Below are positions 12,938-27,675 of a stretch of DNA of 64,000 nucleotides, piece after piece. The stretch covers positions 113,966,399 through 114,030,398 of the forward strand of contig NC_068983.1 in assembly GCF_001194135.2 (NCBI RefSeq), given 5' to 3'. This DNA is from Octopus bimaculoides (Eukaryota). Within the stretch, counting starts at the first letter, position 1, and every line of letters begins with the position of its first letter. A program made the translations under genes and the position numbers. The notes below the pieces were generated by a model that saw only the letters and a program-made list of their open reading frames with translations, was not told the origin of the DNA and did not search any database.

Positions 12938-15591
12938 GTAAGTTACACATTCTTTCTTCTGTTTGCTTGTAATTATTTGTTTGGCTAAAGCCAGTCATAT
13001 TCTCTCAGCTGTGATATGATTAATTGATCAACCAGTTATATGTCACTGGCTACAAACTGAGAAGTCATTATTGAGAGTTTGTTCAAAATTACCTTTGTTT
13101 GTCTATCAGTTAGGTATGGCGTAGTGGTTAAGAGTGTGGACTACTAACCCCAAGATTCTGAGTTCAATTCCAGGCAGTGACCTGAATAATAATAAAAATA
13201 ATAATAATAATAAAAATAATAACAACATCATCAAAAAATACCTTAGGAATGAGAACCCGGGTTCGAAATTTCCCCAAAACACCTGATTTTGGCTGGAGGG
13301 TATATCAGCCGAAGCATGTGAACAACAAACAAGATGAGGACAAATATCCGTCAATTATAAATAATGTAATCTGGTAGTGTTAACTGCAATAAACTGGCAT
13401 CTTGTTTTGGAGAATATTCTCTCACTCCACACTTTCATGAAATAGCAGCTAAGCATCAGTAATATAAAAGCTCCTTGGTGCTTAGGAGACATTACATGCT
13501 GAATCCACTGGTGGTGGTCACTGTTAGAAGACTAGCTAAACATACAAAATGTTTCGTCAGCTTTATTTGAGTAAACTTATGACAAAGAAATAACTGAACA
13601 AAGCATTGGATAGGTTTTATTTTTAATGTGATTCATGTTGTCTAAACATTTCAGACTTAATATGGACTCTCATTTTAAAATGTAAAACATTTATTGTTGG
13701 ATAGTTGATTGCTATGCTGAGTTATTTGACACTGTCGAAGTTATTTTAGTGGGTCAATGATATAATATATGTAGTGTTTGTAAGTGTGTGTGTGTGTGTG
13801 TGTGTGATATAGTATATCAAAGAGAATTGTGGAGGCGCAATGGCCCAGTGGTTAGGGCAGCGGACTCGCGGTCATAGGATCGTGGTTTTAATTCCCAGAC
13901 CGGGCATTGTGAGTGTTTATTGAGCGAAAACACCTAAAGCTCCACGAGGCTCCGGCAGGGGATGGTGGCCAACTCTGCTGTACTCTTTCGCCACAACTTT
14001 CTCTCACTCTTACTTCCTGTTGTGCCTGTAATTCAAAGGGTCAGCCTTGTCACACTGTGTCATGCTGAATATTCCCAAGAACTACGTTAAGGGTACACAT
14101 GTCTGTGGAGTGCTCAGCCACTTGCACGTTAATTTCAGGAGCAGGCTATTCTGTTGATCGGATCAACTGGAACCCTCGACGTTGTAAGCAACGGAGTGCC
14201 AACAACAGCCAACAACAACAAAGAGAATTGAGAGGTGGGTGAGGAGTGTGTGCTGATGGATAATGGTACACTTGTACTTAGTAAGTCTGAAAAAGAGGTA
14301 GCATAGAAGTGCTACCTTGAAAGGGTACTACATGTAGTGAATGCACAAGAGAAAGAGAGTCTTCCTAATGGGGACCCAATAGAGGAATCAGCTTTGTTAG
14401 TTGATAGCAGTATAGAAAATAAGCAATTTAGGATGCAAAGACAGGAAAACTCTTGATCCATCAAAAATCACCAGTGTGATGTGTAAAATATCTGACAGAG
14501 TAGGATATGGACTAGCCACTCACATAGTTTAATCAGGTTGTACAGGAAGGTGATATATCCAATGACAGCCTTAAGGTCAATTGTTACAATAGTAAAAAAG
14601 ATGCCTAGGTAGAAATAATTACAAAGGCATCAAATTTTTGGATTGGGAGAGTGTAATAGCCCAATTAGTTAGGGACAGAATTAGATGATATATTTTCTGC
14701 ATATAGTCTACAATTAGACATTGTTGTTATTGTTGTTGGCACTCAGTCGCTTACGACGTCGAGGGTTCCAGTTGATCCAATCAACGAAACAGCCTGCTCG
14801 TGAAATTAACGTGCAAGTGGCTGAGTACTCCACAGACACGTGTACCCTTAACGTAGTTCTTGGGAATATTCAGCGTGACACAGTGTGACAAGGCTGACCC
14901 TTTGAAATACAGGCACAACAGAAACAGGAAGTGTGAGAGAAAGTTGTGGTGAACGAGTACTGCAGGGTTCGCCACCATCCCCTGCCGGAGCCTCGTGGAG
15001 ATTTTTTAGGTGTTTTCGCTCAATAAACACTCACAACGCCCAGTCTGGGAATCGAAACCGCTGCCCTAACCACTGGGCCATTGCGCCTCCACTCAATTAG
15101 ACATTATATATATTTCTAATGAAACAGTAGTAAATCTTTCTTTGTTTTGAGATATAAAACTTGAGGATGTGCTCTTGGATTCAGATTTGGGACTGACACA
15201 AATTCTTGAGAAATTATAGAAAGCATGATTTGCATGTATATTTAAATTTTCAAGAAAAAATTCTGAAGTGATTTTGTATACATGTGTAAAGCAATAAGTT
15301 CTTACTTACTGTGTGTCAGTGTGTGTATATATGTGTGTTTAATTTACAAGTCACAAGGCCATCTCACTTGTCCTAGTGCCACTAACAAAAGCACCCAGTA
15401 CATTCTGTAAAGAGGTTCGTGTTAAGAATGGTATCCAGTTATAGAAATCATGCAAAAACAGAGATACTGGAGAACATCTTGGACCTCTGACTTATTGGGG
15501 CCTTCTGAAACCATCCAGCCCATGCTATATGTCAGCATCAAAAGCAGATGTAAAATGACATTTCTATCTGTGTATCTGTCTGTCTATCTAT

Positions 15592-15624
<33 letters not shown>

Positions 15625-18600
15625 TATATTGTTTGTATAGTTTCAAGCCACTTTAGAATTGTCCACTCACCTGTTTATTTTACCTAGTTCTTTTTCATTA
15701 AAATTTATGAAATATGAGCAAGTTGCAGTGTTTATGTGTAAGATGCATTGAAGAGGAATCACTATTCTATAGCTTAAAACATACCTGCACAACGTTGCTG
15801 ATTTAACTCACAATTTAATACTAAACATACTGATACAACTTTGGACTAAATCCCCAAAATTGTACCTATATATGTGTTTGTGCGTGAAAGAGACAAAGCA
15901 TTTTGCATTAAGCAGGTATAAAGGAATATTTTTGTTGGCCTAATGTAATAAGACTTTGGAGATTAAGCAGTAAGTTTGATAGCTAATTTGCACTTCACTT
16001 TATCAACCCCAACAATTCTAAAGTACCTACTTTGAAGTGTTTTGTATTCATTCCTATGTCTTTCTCTGACAAATAATAATGTCTTTATTATTGCCACAAG
16101 CATGATGATTAATGGAACAGATTACTATTTAGAAACTGAATGAAATGTGTATCGTTCTCTGTGTTTGTCCTCCGTCACCACTTAACTGGTGTTGTGTGTT
16201 TCTGTCCCTGTAACATAGCAATTCAATAAAAGAGACAGCAACAATAAATACCAGGCTTTCAAAATAAAAAAATAAAAAATAGGACTGGAAGCATTGATTC
16301 ATTCAACTAAAATTCTATAAGGTGGTGCCACAGCATGGCTGCAGTCTAATTCTGAAAGAAGTAAAAGATATAAAAAAAACACCAAACAAACATATAGTAA
16401 AGTCCCATGTGGAGGCCTACTACTTTTGGTCATTCAAGGAACCCCACAGTTATAGCATTATCCTGACTAACAAGTTCTTTTCCAGTTGTAGGCCCACTCA
16501 TTCAAATCATGCTTGCCACTTTCACCTACCTTTTAATAAATTTTCTAGAAGGTAACACTGCCTTCTCTGCCCCCACCTTCCTGTCCAAGTCAAACTTAAT
16601 ATCAGTAAAGACTTGGTTGACAAGGAAAGTATCTCTTCTATGTCTTGTCAGTTATATCCACTATGCAACCTCTTTAACCAGAGCCATCAGACAAAGAAAA
16701 GTTGATTTCCATTCCCAGCTAAAGGAAGGTGACAGGGCAGTTTTTCTAATGGACTCAGCAATTGCCAGACCCATTGAACATGTGATAACAGTTGCTCTAC
16801 ATAACCTTGCAAATGAGTGCTTGTAGAATTGTTTTGTCATTTTGCATGCAACTGAGAGAGGCCTAGCTAACAACATTCCTGTGCCCCATTGAGTTTATTT
16901 TGTATTGGCAAGCCNNNNNNNNNNAATCAAAATTTCTGATAATACTGCCTGGCTGAGATTTCTGAAAGTTATCTAGTTTCCAAGTTGAATGTCTTTTAAA
17001 ACAAACCAATCTGTTGACTCTTGTTGACACAAAATTTTGTTGAGTACATCATTATTAGTCCTCCCTATAAAAACTGATATCCAAGTTATACTGGTCACAT
17101 TACCTGACTTGTTGATATTTGTGTGCACCTGACAACATACCAGATGTTAAATGCTTAGTTCTGTTCTTTGCCTGACCTAGTACTGCAGAATCAGCATGTC
17201 CTCACATCAGCTATGGTGCACACTGAGCCTTCTGTGCTCATTGGTCTTTTCTGAACAGTGATCTGTGTATCTGCCAAGAGAATATCAGAAAAGTTACTGC
17301 AGTGATATCTGGCTTGTAGTAACCAAGCTTTCACAGTTATGTTGCTTTTTGAACCACCAGTATAGGGGCTCTTCCTCTCAATGCGAAGTAGAATTCACAA
17401 AGTGCTGTATTGTTCACCCACTGATGTGAAGGTATGTGAGCTGGGATCATCATGAAACGTGTTAGTTTTATCCTACTGGTGCATCTACATATGTGAGGCT
17501 CCAAGTTGTCAGGGTTTCAACATAGTCATATGTCATTCAATGCTGATGCTTCAGCTGACCGACAGTAATGCCAGCAACATCGTTTGGTTATAGCTGTTCC
17601 ATCCAATACAATAGGAATCATGAGGTCAGAGTAATGGTTTGCATATTCACTTGATAAAAGAGCATGGTGCCAGGCTACCTCCAATTGATAATGGCTGAAT
17701 GCTTCCAAGAAGAAACCATAGCTGGATCTAAGTTAGTTTCCAAAAGTGTCTCAACCTCAAGGTGCTGATAGAATTGCCATTCTGGTACTGCCTTGCCTCC
17801 CTTATTTGGAGAGATCAAGATAAAAATGATCACTTGCATACAATTTGATGTGCCATTCTGAGTAACATGCTTAATGGAGCAGCTACCACACTGTGATCTA
17901 TTGAGTCTCTTCTTGCAAACAACATGGTCTGTCTTCTGAAGTGCATGGTCTCTGTCTTATTTCCTATATTTTACCCTTTCTCTGGCACTCAATTGACTTT
18001 CCACTAAAGCCGTTAAATTTTTTGAGAGCATACATAGGTGATCTCAGACCTCTCAACCCAAGTATCCTTAAGCTCCCTCCCATTTATGACATTGACTGTA
18101 CTCCCAGACATCCTCAACAAAAGAAGCAGAAGCTAAATTCTACCATCTAGCTGCATTCCATTGAGATGTCTGCAATGGTGTTTGTAGAATTGGTCAGTAG
18201 AATTTGCTCTTTTTACAAGCAGTGAAATAATAGATGCTTCAATCTGAACAGGCAAAAACAAGAGCAAGCCATGATGGGCTCAGGCAGTACTATATGATGG
18301 ACACGATGCAGATGTTTGTCTGCTCTGCCCAACCTTCAGGGATAGCTTTCTCTTGGCTCACTCTTGGGTGATATTGATCTCCTTACTCCTAATGTCACCC
18401 AAGATATTTGAATGGAACCAACTTAACCTGACAGTTAACCCATTACCTCTAATGATAATATACTCATTATACAGTCATAAAAAGTTGTTACTTTGTCCTT
18501 GTGTTACTGATAAACCATTTAAAAGAAAAACAAATCAATAGTTAGGCTTTCTATAATAAGCTGGAAACTAGTGTACATGTAAATCAACTTTTATAGCCGA

Positions 18601-21600
18601 GTTGCGAATTATATTTTTGCTAAAGCAATTAGGACTACTGCCTTAAAAAGGATACAAAGATGTAGTGGGAGATATACAGGAATCCCTCGTAAGTTGTTCC
18701 TGAAAATCTGGCTGTAATGTGAACTTCTGAAATGTGGAATTTTTCTATTGATTTTCATATTATCAAGTTAGATTATGTTCCTATGTACTTTTTCAAAGAC
18801 ACCCCCTCCAAAAAAGAAGCAACAAATAACAAGCAATCCTATCATCTTTATACATGAAAATAATTTTGAAACATACATGGTACAATATAGACATAAAAAC
18901 ACAAAAATATTTCAAGAGGAATACATTAGGGAATTAATAAAAGTCAGTATATTGTAAGATTACATTCTTACCACAAAAGATGTTGACTACTGTGTGAGGG
19001 GTGGTGGTGGTGGTGGAATGAGCATTACTAGGAAGATGCGGGACAATATTTACTTTCTTATAGTTCATTAGGCAGCAAGCTGGTAGAATCATTAGCACAC
19101 CGGATAAAATGCTTGTCTTTGTGTTCTTAGTTCAAATTCTACCGAGGCTGACTTTGCCTTTCATGGTTGATAAAAAGAGTACCAGTTGAGCATGGTGGGG
19201 TCGATATAATTGACTTATCACTCCTCTGAACTTGCTGGCCTTCTGCCAAAATTTGAGATAAATATTTACTGTCTTATAATTCATTATCACCAACATCATC
19301 TTGAAGGGTGAAAAACTTATCCAAAGTTGTTTATTGTTTATGATGCATCATCTCTTTGTACAGGAACTGAGCTCATTGTAAACTCCTCTTGTAATTTTTA
19401 TAATGTTCATGATTAGAATCATTATTAGCAAAAACCTGCAGACCTCCCTCTATTAGTGTCAACCTTTTAACAATAATTTTTGTAGCAAAGTTGAAGGTTT
19501 CAGCTACATTATCCTCAACATCCATTATGCTGAATTTCTTCCAGAAATCTCCAACTGTAGGTTTATCCTCCTACTCAATTGCTTTCATAAGTTGTTTTGC
19601 AAGTTTCTCTCGTGCAACATGTCTTGAAGTTAGCTATCACACTGGAGCAAAGTTGTATTCTTTGGGATATATTCTGCTCTCACATTATCAGAAGGGTCAT
19701 CTAAGTTTGATGGGTGGCTTGGTGCACTGTCTAAAAGAAGTAATGCTCTGTTTGAAATATTGTGTCTGGCACTGTACCTTTCTATTGCACTTTACACTTT
19801 TGTGTAAACCACTCTTTGAAAAGGCTCTCAGTCATCCATGCCTTCTTATTTGAACACAAAATCAGAAGTTAAACTTTGTGTAACCTTTGAAAGCCTTAGA
19901 ATTTTCGAAGTGATGCACATGTAGGGGCTTTAATTTCATATCACCTGTGGCATTTCCTCCTGAAAGAAGTGACAGATGATTTCTGGCTGCTTTAAATGCT
20001 AGTACTGATTGTTGTTATCAAGAAATAAAGGTTTTAGTGGGCATGCACTTCTAGAAAAGTGCAGTTTCATCAACATTATATACTTGCTCTGGTATGCAAC
20101 CCCCGGCAGCAATCATTTTCTTCAACTGTTTAGGATAATTAGTAGCAGTCCTCCGTATCAGTGACTAAAGTTTCACCAGTCATTTTTATGTTGTGCAAAT
20201 TCACGCACTTCTTAAATCTTTCAAACAAGACTTTACTTGTCAAAAAGGGTTCCTTCATTTGAAGTTTCACTTTCCTTTTTCTACAAATCGTCATATAAAC
20301 TTTTGGCTCATTTTTGAATTACCATCATAATTATTGGCACATTACATCAATTCTGATCCTTGACCCATACACTCAAAAATCATTCCATTTTAAGCATTAT
20401 ATTAGATCTATGGGAAAATATGGTCTGGACAGCCAGCAGATTAGCTTCTTGAGCACTTGACATAATTTTTTCTGTTGTCACATACTGTTCCTGATGCAAG
20501 ATTTCATGTTCTGGCAATGTAACTTAGTTTCACTTCTGCATAAAGTCTTTTTAAATCATCAAGTTTAATATCCTGTGTAACCACTTTATGGTTCCTTTAC
20601 ACATTACTGCCTTCAGGGTTGTCTGATAGACCATCTTAAATTGAAGGTAAATTCAACAGAAGCAACAAATATGTAGTAAAAGACATTGACCCAGGAAAAA
20701 TCTGATTTGTAGGAGCAGAAAATTGTCCTATTTCTATCGATGCAATAATGAAAATGAGATGAAAAGGTGAATGACTGAGGAAGAGAAAGTACTACATGAT
20801 GATAGTTAGCTTACAGTTCACCAGATTTTATAGATAATTCACCCCTTGCATTTCTGACTTAAGACACACAGTCATGCATACATGTGTTAGCATACATGCT
20901 GATATCTGTTGCCAGTTGGATTCAAAAGTTGATGGGTTGATAGTGGTGATAATGTGGGTTGCATTGGTTTAGATGTTAGTGACAGTGGGCAGGTGTTGTT
21001 GGTGTTATATTGTTCTTGCTAACTATATTGCTGTGGCTGTTTAAACCAACTTTTAAATGTGCTAGGATATCACTTTATATGTTTTTATTTGAAATGGATT
21101 TTCTTGTCTTCATACCATATATTACTGTTGCTGTTGGTCTTTGTGCTCATGATGATGATAGAAACACACACACACAATCACATTAAGTACATCATATATA
21201 CATATGTGTGTGTAATGTGATGATAGTTTTTCAAATCGTTAACTATATCTACTTTGATCTTAACTAAAATGTAAGTGGTCATTGAGCTAAGAAGAAAGTG
21301 TAGTTTTAAATTGTTAATAATTTAAAAACCATGCAATACAAGTTTCCGTAAGAGCAAAATTACAGACCATATCCCAAAATTAATGGTCATACCTTACAAT
21401 TTCCATGAAATCACACAACCTGAGGTGGCTGTAACATAGGGAATGCTTACTCTCTGCCTGCAAACAAATTTTTAAAAACAAAAACTTAGATTATCATAAC
21501 TTGAACTACCTTTGGCTGTGGGTTTTCTCAGTCAGAGCCAACCTGGGGTTAAACAACAATTGGGACTACATGTTTTTATCAAAGAAGCTATGTGATAAAT

Positions 21601-24600
21601 ATATATACCCCTGATGTAAGTCTATCAAAGCCAGATCAACTAACTGCATATTAAGACTTGGCTTTAGTACAAACCTATTAATATATCAAGGATAAAATTT
21701 ACATCTGCCATACTTCAACTGATTAACATCAGAAGGTAGACTAAGTTAATTGACTTTTTTCCACTGTTTACTTAAAATTAATAGATTATTTATCTGAACC
21801 CATGACTACTAAAGTGAATGTAACATTTGGCAGAGGTGTTTTCATATTCCTTTGAAAAGCTTTCTGCCTTCAGGCTCTACTTACCACTAATCATTTGGAA
21901 ACTTTTGATCGATTATTGTCGCAATGTCATTTGCAGTTTATTGTCAGAACTTTGTGTTGCACATGAGGTTTAGAGCTCTCTCACAGCACTTGTTTAGACC
22001 TCTTGAGCACAAGATTGTGCTATATAGAGGAGCTTGCCATGATAATATGTACTTCATAGAGCAGCTTTCTATCAGAATACATGTTGTATAGATGAGCTTT
22101 CTGTCATTATATATGCTGTATAGTCATCATGCATGCTATACAGATCTGCTCTCTATCACAACACCTGTTGTATGAAAGAGCTTTGTATCACAATTCATGC
22201 TGGACAGAGGAGCTCTCTGTAGATGTGTGCTTTATAGAGGAGCTCCCTGTCACAATATCATTTTATGTGTGGAGAATTAAGGAGCAGTAACTGGTAGTAT
22301 TATTTAATTTGTGTGTGTGTGTGTATGCATGCAAGTAGCAGTCATTAGATCATTACTGCATCTGGGAGACATAACTGGACCTTGTAGAGCACCTGAATTC
22401 AGAGAATTTGAAAAACAAAAGCCCCTCCAATGCAAACAGTGATAGTGGCCTGACAAAAATTTACAATAAAAAATATTGGTAACCACTGCAGTCCATAATG
22501 GAACAGCTTAGCTGGAAGGTAAGATAAATAGTGAAATGCTTTACTGATGTCCAGGACAACAATTGTATGTGTATTCTTCAAGTAGTCACAATGAGGATGT
22601 GTTTGTTCATTCCACAACAGGAATCTCTCTCCCCAATTAGTTTTAATGGACTCTCAATTCCTTGTCTGTGCCAATAACATCAATGCAGTTGAGTGGTTCT
22701 TTTCTTTTATTAGAGTGTAAAAGTAAACAAAATACAGCACTTAGTATGGTTTGGTGTTGAGCACACTAGTAATGGCTATCAAAGCCTACCAATAATAGGA
22801 ATAGGTGGAATATGTCCATAAATCTTCTCTTTGACATGTGCTCATGTCAAAGCATTTTGGGTCCTCACTAGAAGCTTAGTGTTTGTACCCTCAAGACAAT
22901 CCTAAAGCTTTTTCATAATCCATGGCTCCATAGAGAAGACTACAAAGCAGTGTGAATACATGACTGCCTTTGAAGATGAAAGCCACTTGCTCATTTGTTC
23001 ATTGATGGCACACAACACAATTCAGAGTCCATGACTTCAACTACCTTGAGTCCAATGTTGCTGACGAGATGGATTTCCCCACACAAGAAACAAGACTGTA
23101 ACACCTGTAACCAGCTTCAAAATATGTGGCAACTAAGTGTTCCAGAATTAGTAAGGCTAGTGTTAGTGTGGGCGTGTGTATGTGTTTATATGTGCTCTTG
23201 TGTGTGTGTGTGTATATCTTTTACTAATATATTTTGACAAAAGATGTAAACATTGGACTGATAACTCTGTGCTTTCAAACAAAAATACTTTGTAGTATTT
23301 ATTGTGCCAGCATTACAAAGATACTCCTTTGTCACTCTTGCCATTGTAAAGACACTGAAGCTGTACTTGGCTCATAGAAGACTTGTCAGTTACAATGCTA
23401 TTATTCATAAAATGAGCAATTATTTTGATTTTAATAGCTCTTCTTTGTCTCTTGCCCTCAGTATTACTACTATTATGTTTCACTTCAGATATTTCTGCTT
23501 TGTTACATTTCAGCTGCTGCAACTGCTATGGATTATAATGGTGAAACCAGACGGCTATTCGTTGGTCTAGATAATGGTACAATATCGGTGAGTATTTTTG
23601 TTGTTAGTTTTGATTTTAAACTATGCAAGCCCTGTTATTCAGGCATTCTTTTGCTGGCAAGGGGTGTAATAAATCTGTGATATTCTAAGAAATAGTTCTT
23701 CATATGTCTGTATGCAGTGGAGTCATAGGAGTGCTGTATAGACACATGCTACATTTTGGATGCTTTTTACCAGTTGGAACCCATCTCTCTCCAGGTCTGA
23801 ATGTTTTGAGAGAGAAAGAAAGAGAGAGAGAGTAGGGTGAGAAAGAGGAAGAAAGTAGAATCAGCTTCTGTACTTGGCTGCTACTTTATTTATCAACTTC
23901 AAAATGATGAAAAGTGGGATTTGAACTCGGAATGTAAAGTGTTAGAACAAATACTACAAAGTATTGTTTCCAAGGTTTTAACAACTGTGCAAGTCATCCA
24001 CCTTGTATGTTTGTCCAAACTAGAGCAATACATAAGCATGTGATGCCCAACAAGAAACAACCATAATAATATCTATTATTATTACTATTATTATTAAGGT
24101 GGTGAGCTGGCAGAATTGTTAGCATGCTTGACGAAATGCTTAGCAGTATTTCATCTATTTTTACGTTCTGAGTTCAAATTCTGCCGATGTCGACTTTGCC
24201 TTTCATTCTTTAGGGGTCGATAAAATAAGTATCAGTTGATTACTGGGGTTGATGTAATCGACTCATCTCTACTTCCTCCAAGCTACCCTTGTAAAAATTT
24301 GAAATATTATTATTAAGAAGTTGACAAGCTGGCAGAATCGTTAGCATGCTGAATAAAATGCTTACGCTGAACAAAGTACTGGGGTCAATGTAATCGACTA
24401 GTCCCCTCCCCCCAAATTTCAGGCCTTGTGCCTTTAGTAGAAAATATTATTATTATTATTATTATTATTAAGAAGGCAGCGAGCTGGCAGAATTATTAGC
24501 ATGCTAGGCAAAATGCTTAATGCAATTTTGTCTGTCCTTATGTTCTGAGTTCAAATTCTACCACGGTTGACTTTACCTTTCATTCTTTCTGGGTTGATAA

Positions 24601-27600
24601 AATAAGTACCAATTACACCCTGGGGGTCAATATGATCAAATTATCTCCTCCCTAAAAAATTTTATGCCATGTGCCTATAGTAGAAAGGATTATTATTGTA
24701 TTAAAACCCACAGCTTATATTGCTGGGTATGATGAAAAGTGTCAGCTGTCCACAGCCAGCAGACTAAGGTGACACTTGTTTACTGGTCATGCTTCAAGAA
24801 CCCTGCGAAGAATTCTTGCAGTTCCAAGCAATACTGATTGTTGTGGGTGTTCTACCTTCACACTTGCACCAATCTTTTTCAGCCATATTCGTAGTTGAGT
24901 GCTGATACTTCCAAGTGCACCAGTTACAATTGGTATCATGTCTACTCTCTTCATTAACCACAACCTTCGTATTTTCCACTTTAAATCATCATAGTTGTTT
25001 ATTTCTTCTTTCTTTCCCACTTTAAATCGTCATAGTTGTTTATTTTTTCTTCTTTCACATTGATCCTGTTGGCACCGGGATATGCTATGTCGATTATCAT
25101 ACATGTTCTTTCTTTTTTATTCACCACAACAATGTCTGGTTTCCTATGTCTGGTTATGTTATCGCATAGGATTTTGCAATTCTCATTTTCGGTGACTCCT
25201 TCTGGGGTTTGCTGATACCACATGTTTGCTCTTTGTAGGCCGTGATTTCCACAGAGTTCCCAATGGATCATTCTTGCCACATTGTCATGGAGTCTTTTGT
25301 ATTTGCATTGTGCCAATTTCAGGCATTCACTAACAATTTGCCATACCGTTTCACCCCTCTCACCATACATTCTGCATTTGTCGCTATCGGTAGTGTTGTC
25401 TATTCTATACTTTGTTATTATTAAGGCAGTGATTTGGCAGACAAAATGCTTAACAGCCTTTCTTCCAACACTTTACATTCTGAGTTCAAATCTTGCCATG
25501 GTCGGCTTTGCCTTTCATCCTTTTGGAGTTGATAAAATAAGTACCAGCAGGGTACAAGAGCTGTTGTAATCAACAATCTCTTTCCCCCTAAAATTGCAGG
25601 CCTTGTGCCAAAAATTTGAAACAATTATTATTTTGTATCATCATCATCATCATTTAACGTCTGCCTCCCATGCTGGCATGGGTATATTGTTTCTAATCAA
25701 GCTTCAATCCAACAGTTTTGAAGGGAGAAGATTAGTCAATGCCATCAATCCTAATATTTGATAAATCATTTATCAACACCGAATAGAGTGAATGCAAAAT
25801 CGACATCGGCAAGGTTTGAACTTAGAATGTAAAGAGGCCAAACGAATACCATACAACCTTATTTCTGATGCTCTGGCAATTCTGCCAGTCTACCTCCTTT
25901 AATATTAATAATAGTAATAGTGGTTTCAAATTTTGGCACAAAGCCAGCAATTTCAGAGGAAGGTGTTAGTTGATGATTACATCAACATCAGTACTCAACT
26001 GTTACTTATCTTAACAACCCTAGAAGGATGAAAGGCAAAGTTGACTTAGGAATTTGAATGCATATGTAGAGACAGACAAAATGCAGCTAAGCATTTTGTC
26101 CAGTGTTTCAGCAATTCTGCCAGCTCACCATCTTAATAATGACAATAGAGTGCCTAATAATTAACATGGCAGTGCCAGGAGATCAACATATCATGAAAAA
26201 AAGAGAAAAGGTTGATGAATATGGGGACCTGAGAATTGAGATTGCTAAGATGTGGTAGCTACAAGAGTTAAACATAAAGGTTCTCCCTATTGTCATTGGA
26301 GCACTGGGTTCAATACCACCCAATCTGAAAAAACATTTGAAAACTTTTGCAATACACCTAGATTGTAGGGTATTTCTAAAGTTGGCATTACTTGGAACTG
26401 CATGCATATTGCGTAAAGTACTGTCTGTCTGAGGTCCTTGTGACTTGACAAACAGTACAAAACCCCGCGGTAGACACAATATCTTCAATCAACAACCTCA
26501 CAATATTGCATCTTGTGCGATGTCTATAATAATAATGATGATAATAATAATAATGGTTGATACATGACAAACAATTCTGAGGGGTGAAAGTTAACCAACA
26601 CTATTGAGCCCAATACTTGACTGGTACTTGATTTTTTTTTAGTTCTTTTCTTTTTTACACTCTCGGAGTGGTTGGCGTTAGGAAGGGCATCCAGCTGTAG
26701 AAACTCTGCCAAATCAGATTGGAGCCTGGTGTTGCCTCTTGGTCCACCAGTCCTCAGTCAAATTGTCCAACCCATGCTAGCATGGAAAGCGGACGTTAAA
26801 CGACAATGATGATAAGGAGGAAAAGCAAAGTTGATCCCTACAGGATTTGAACTTTCAGCATAAAGATAAAAAAAAAAAACATTGCAAGGTATTTTGGCTG
26901 ACTCTAATGATTCTGCCAATCCTCATGCTGCCACTGCCATGAGGATGATGATTTTGGCACAAGGCCAGCAATTTTAAGAGAAGTGGATTTTTATTTCATT
27001 GACATTGGTAGAATTTCAACTCAAAATGCAAAGATCTGCAAGAAATACCATAAGATGTGTAGTCTGACACTATACTGCTTCTTCCTATTCAGAATAAAAT
27101 ATAAATCTTTTTATCATAGGAACAAAGCCTGAAAGTTTGTGGGATGGATTGTGTTGGTTAAATCAACTCTAGTGCTTGATTGGCACTTTAGTTTATTAAT
27201 AAGTTGACCTTAGAGTGATTCGATCTGAGAATGTGAAGATTATTCTGAAGCTCTGATTCCACCAACCTTATCCGTTTTAATAACAATTGATTTTAACATA
27301 GAAATGTATGAGGCCTGAAATTTGGGGAAAGTGGTTTGTTGAGTAATCAATCCTAGTACTTTGGTACTTTATTTTATTATTCTGAAGAGATCTTGGTGGT
27401 ATTTGAACTTGGAGCATCAAGAACTGGGAGTCTGCCAGTCCATTTATTTCATGTTTAAAAAAATGTTTTGCAATGATGGGTGTTGATGTACTTTATAAAG
27501 GTAGAGGTTTTAATTTAGAAGTGTGGTGTTCATTGAGACTGTGGGGCACTTAGAAAGATTAGGATATGTTTGAGAATGGAGACACTAACACTTTGCAAAG

Positions 27601-27641
27601 AATTCATTTCTTGGACTCAACTGAAGTGTTAAAAAATTGCA

Positions 27642-27675
<34 letters not shown>

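Noticed and set aside
13113-13185. Functional tRNA gene
   Set aside because: The acceptor stem and cloverleaf are not intact and it is fused to a repeat tail; it is a SINE head. The same applies to the other tRNA-like heads.
16930-18350. Possible decayed LINE RT on the minus strand
   Set aside because: Only faint motif echoes; no unambiguous RT motif could be read.
24060-24690. CRISPR-like or spacer array
   Set aside because: These are tandem SINE copies with (ATT)n linkers in eukaryotic DNA; there are no short repeats with unique spacers and no cas genes.
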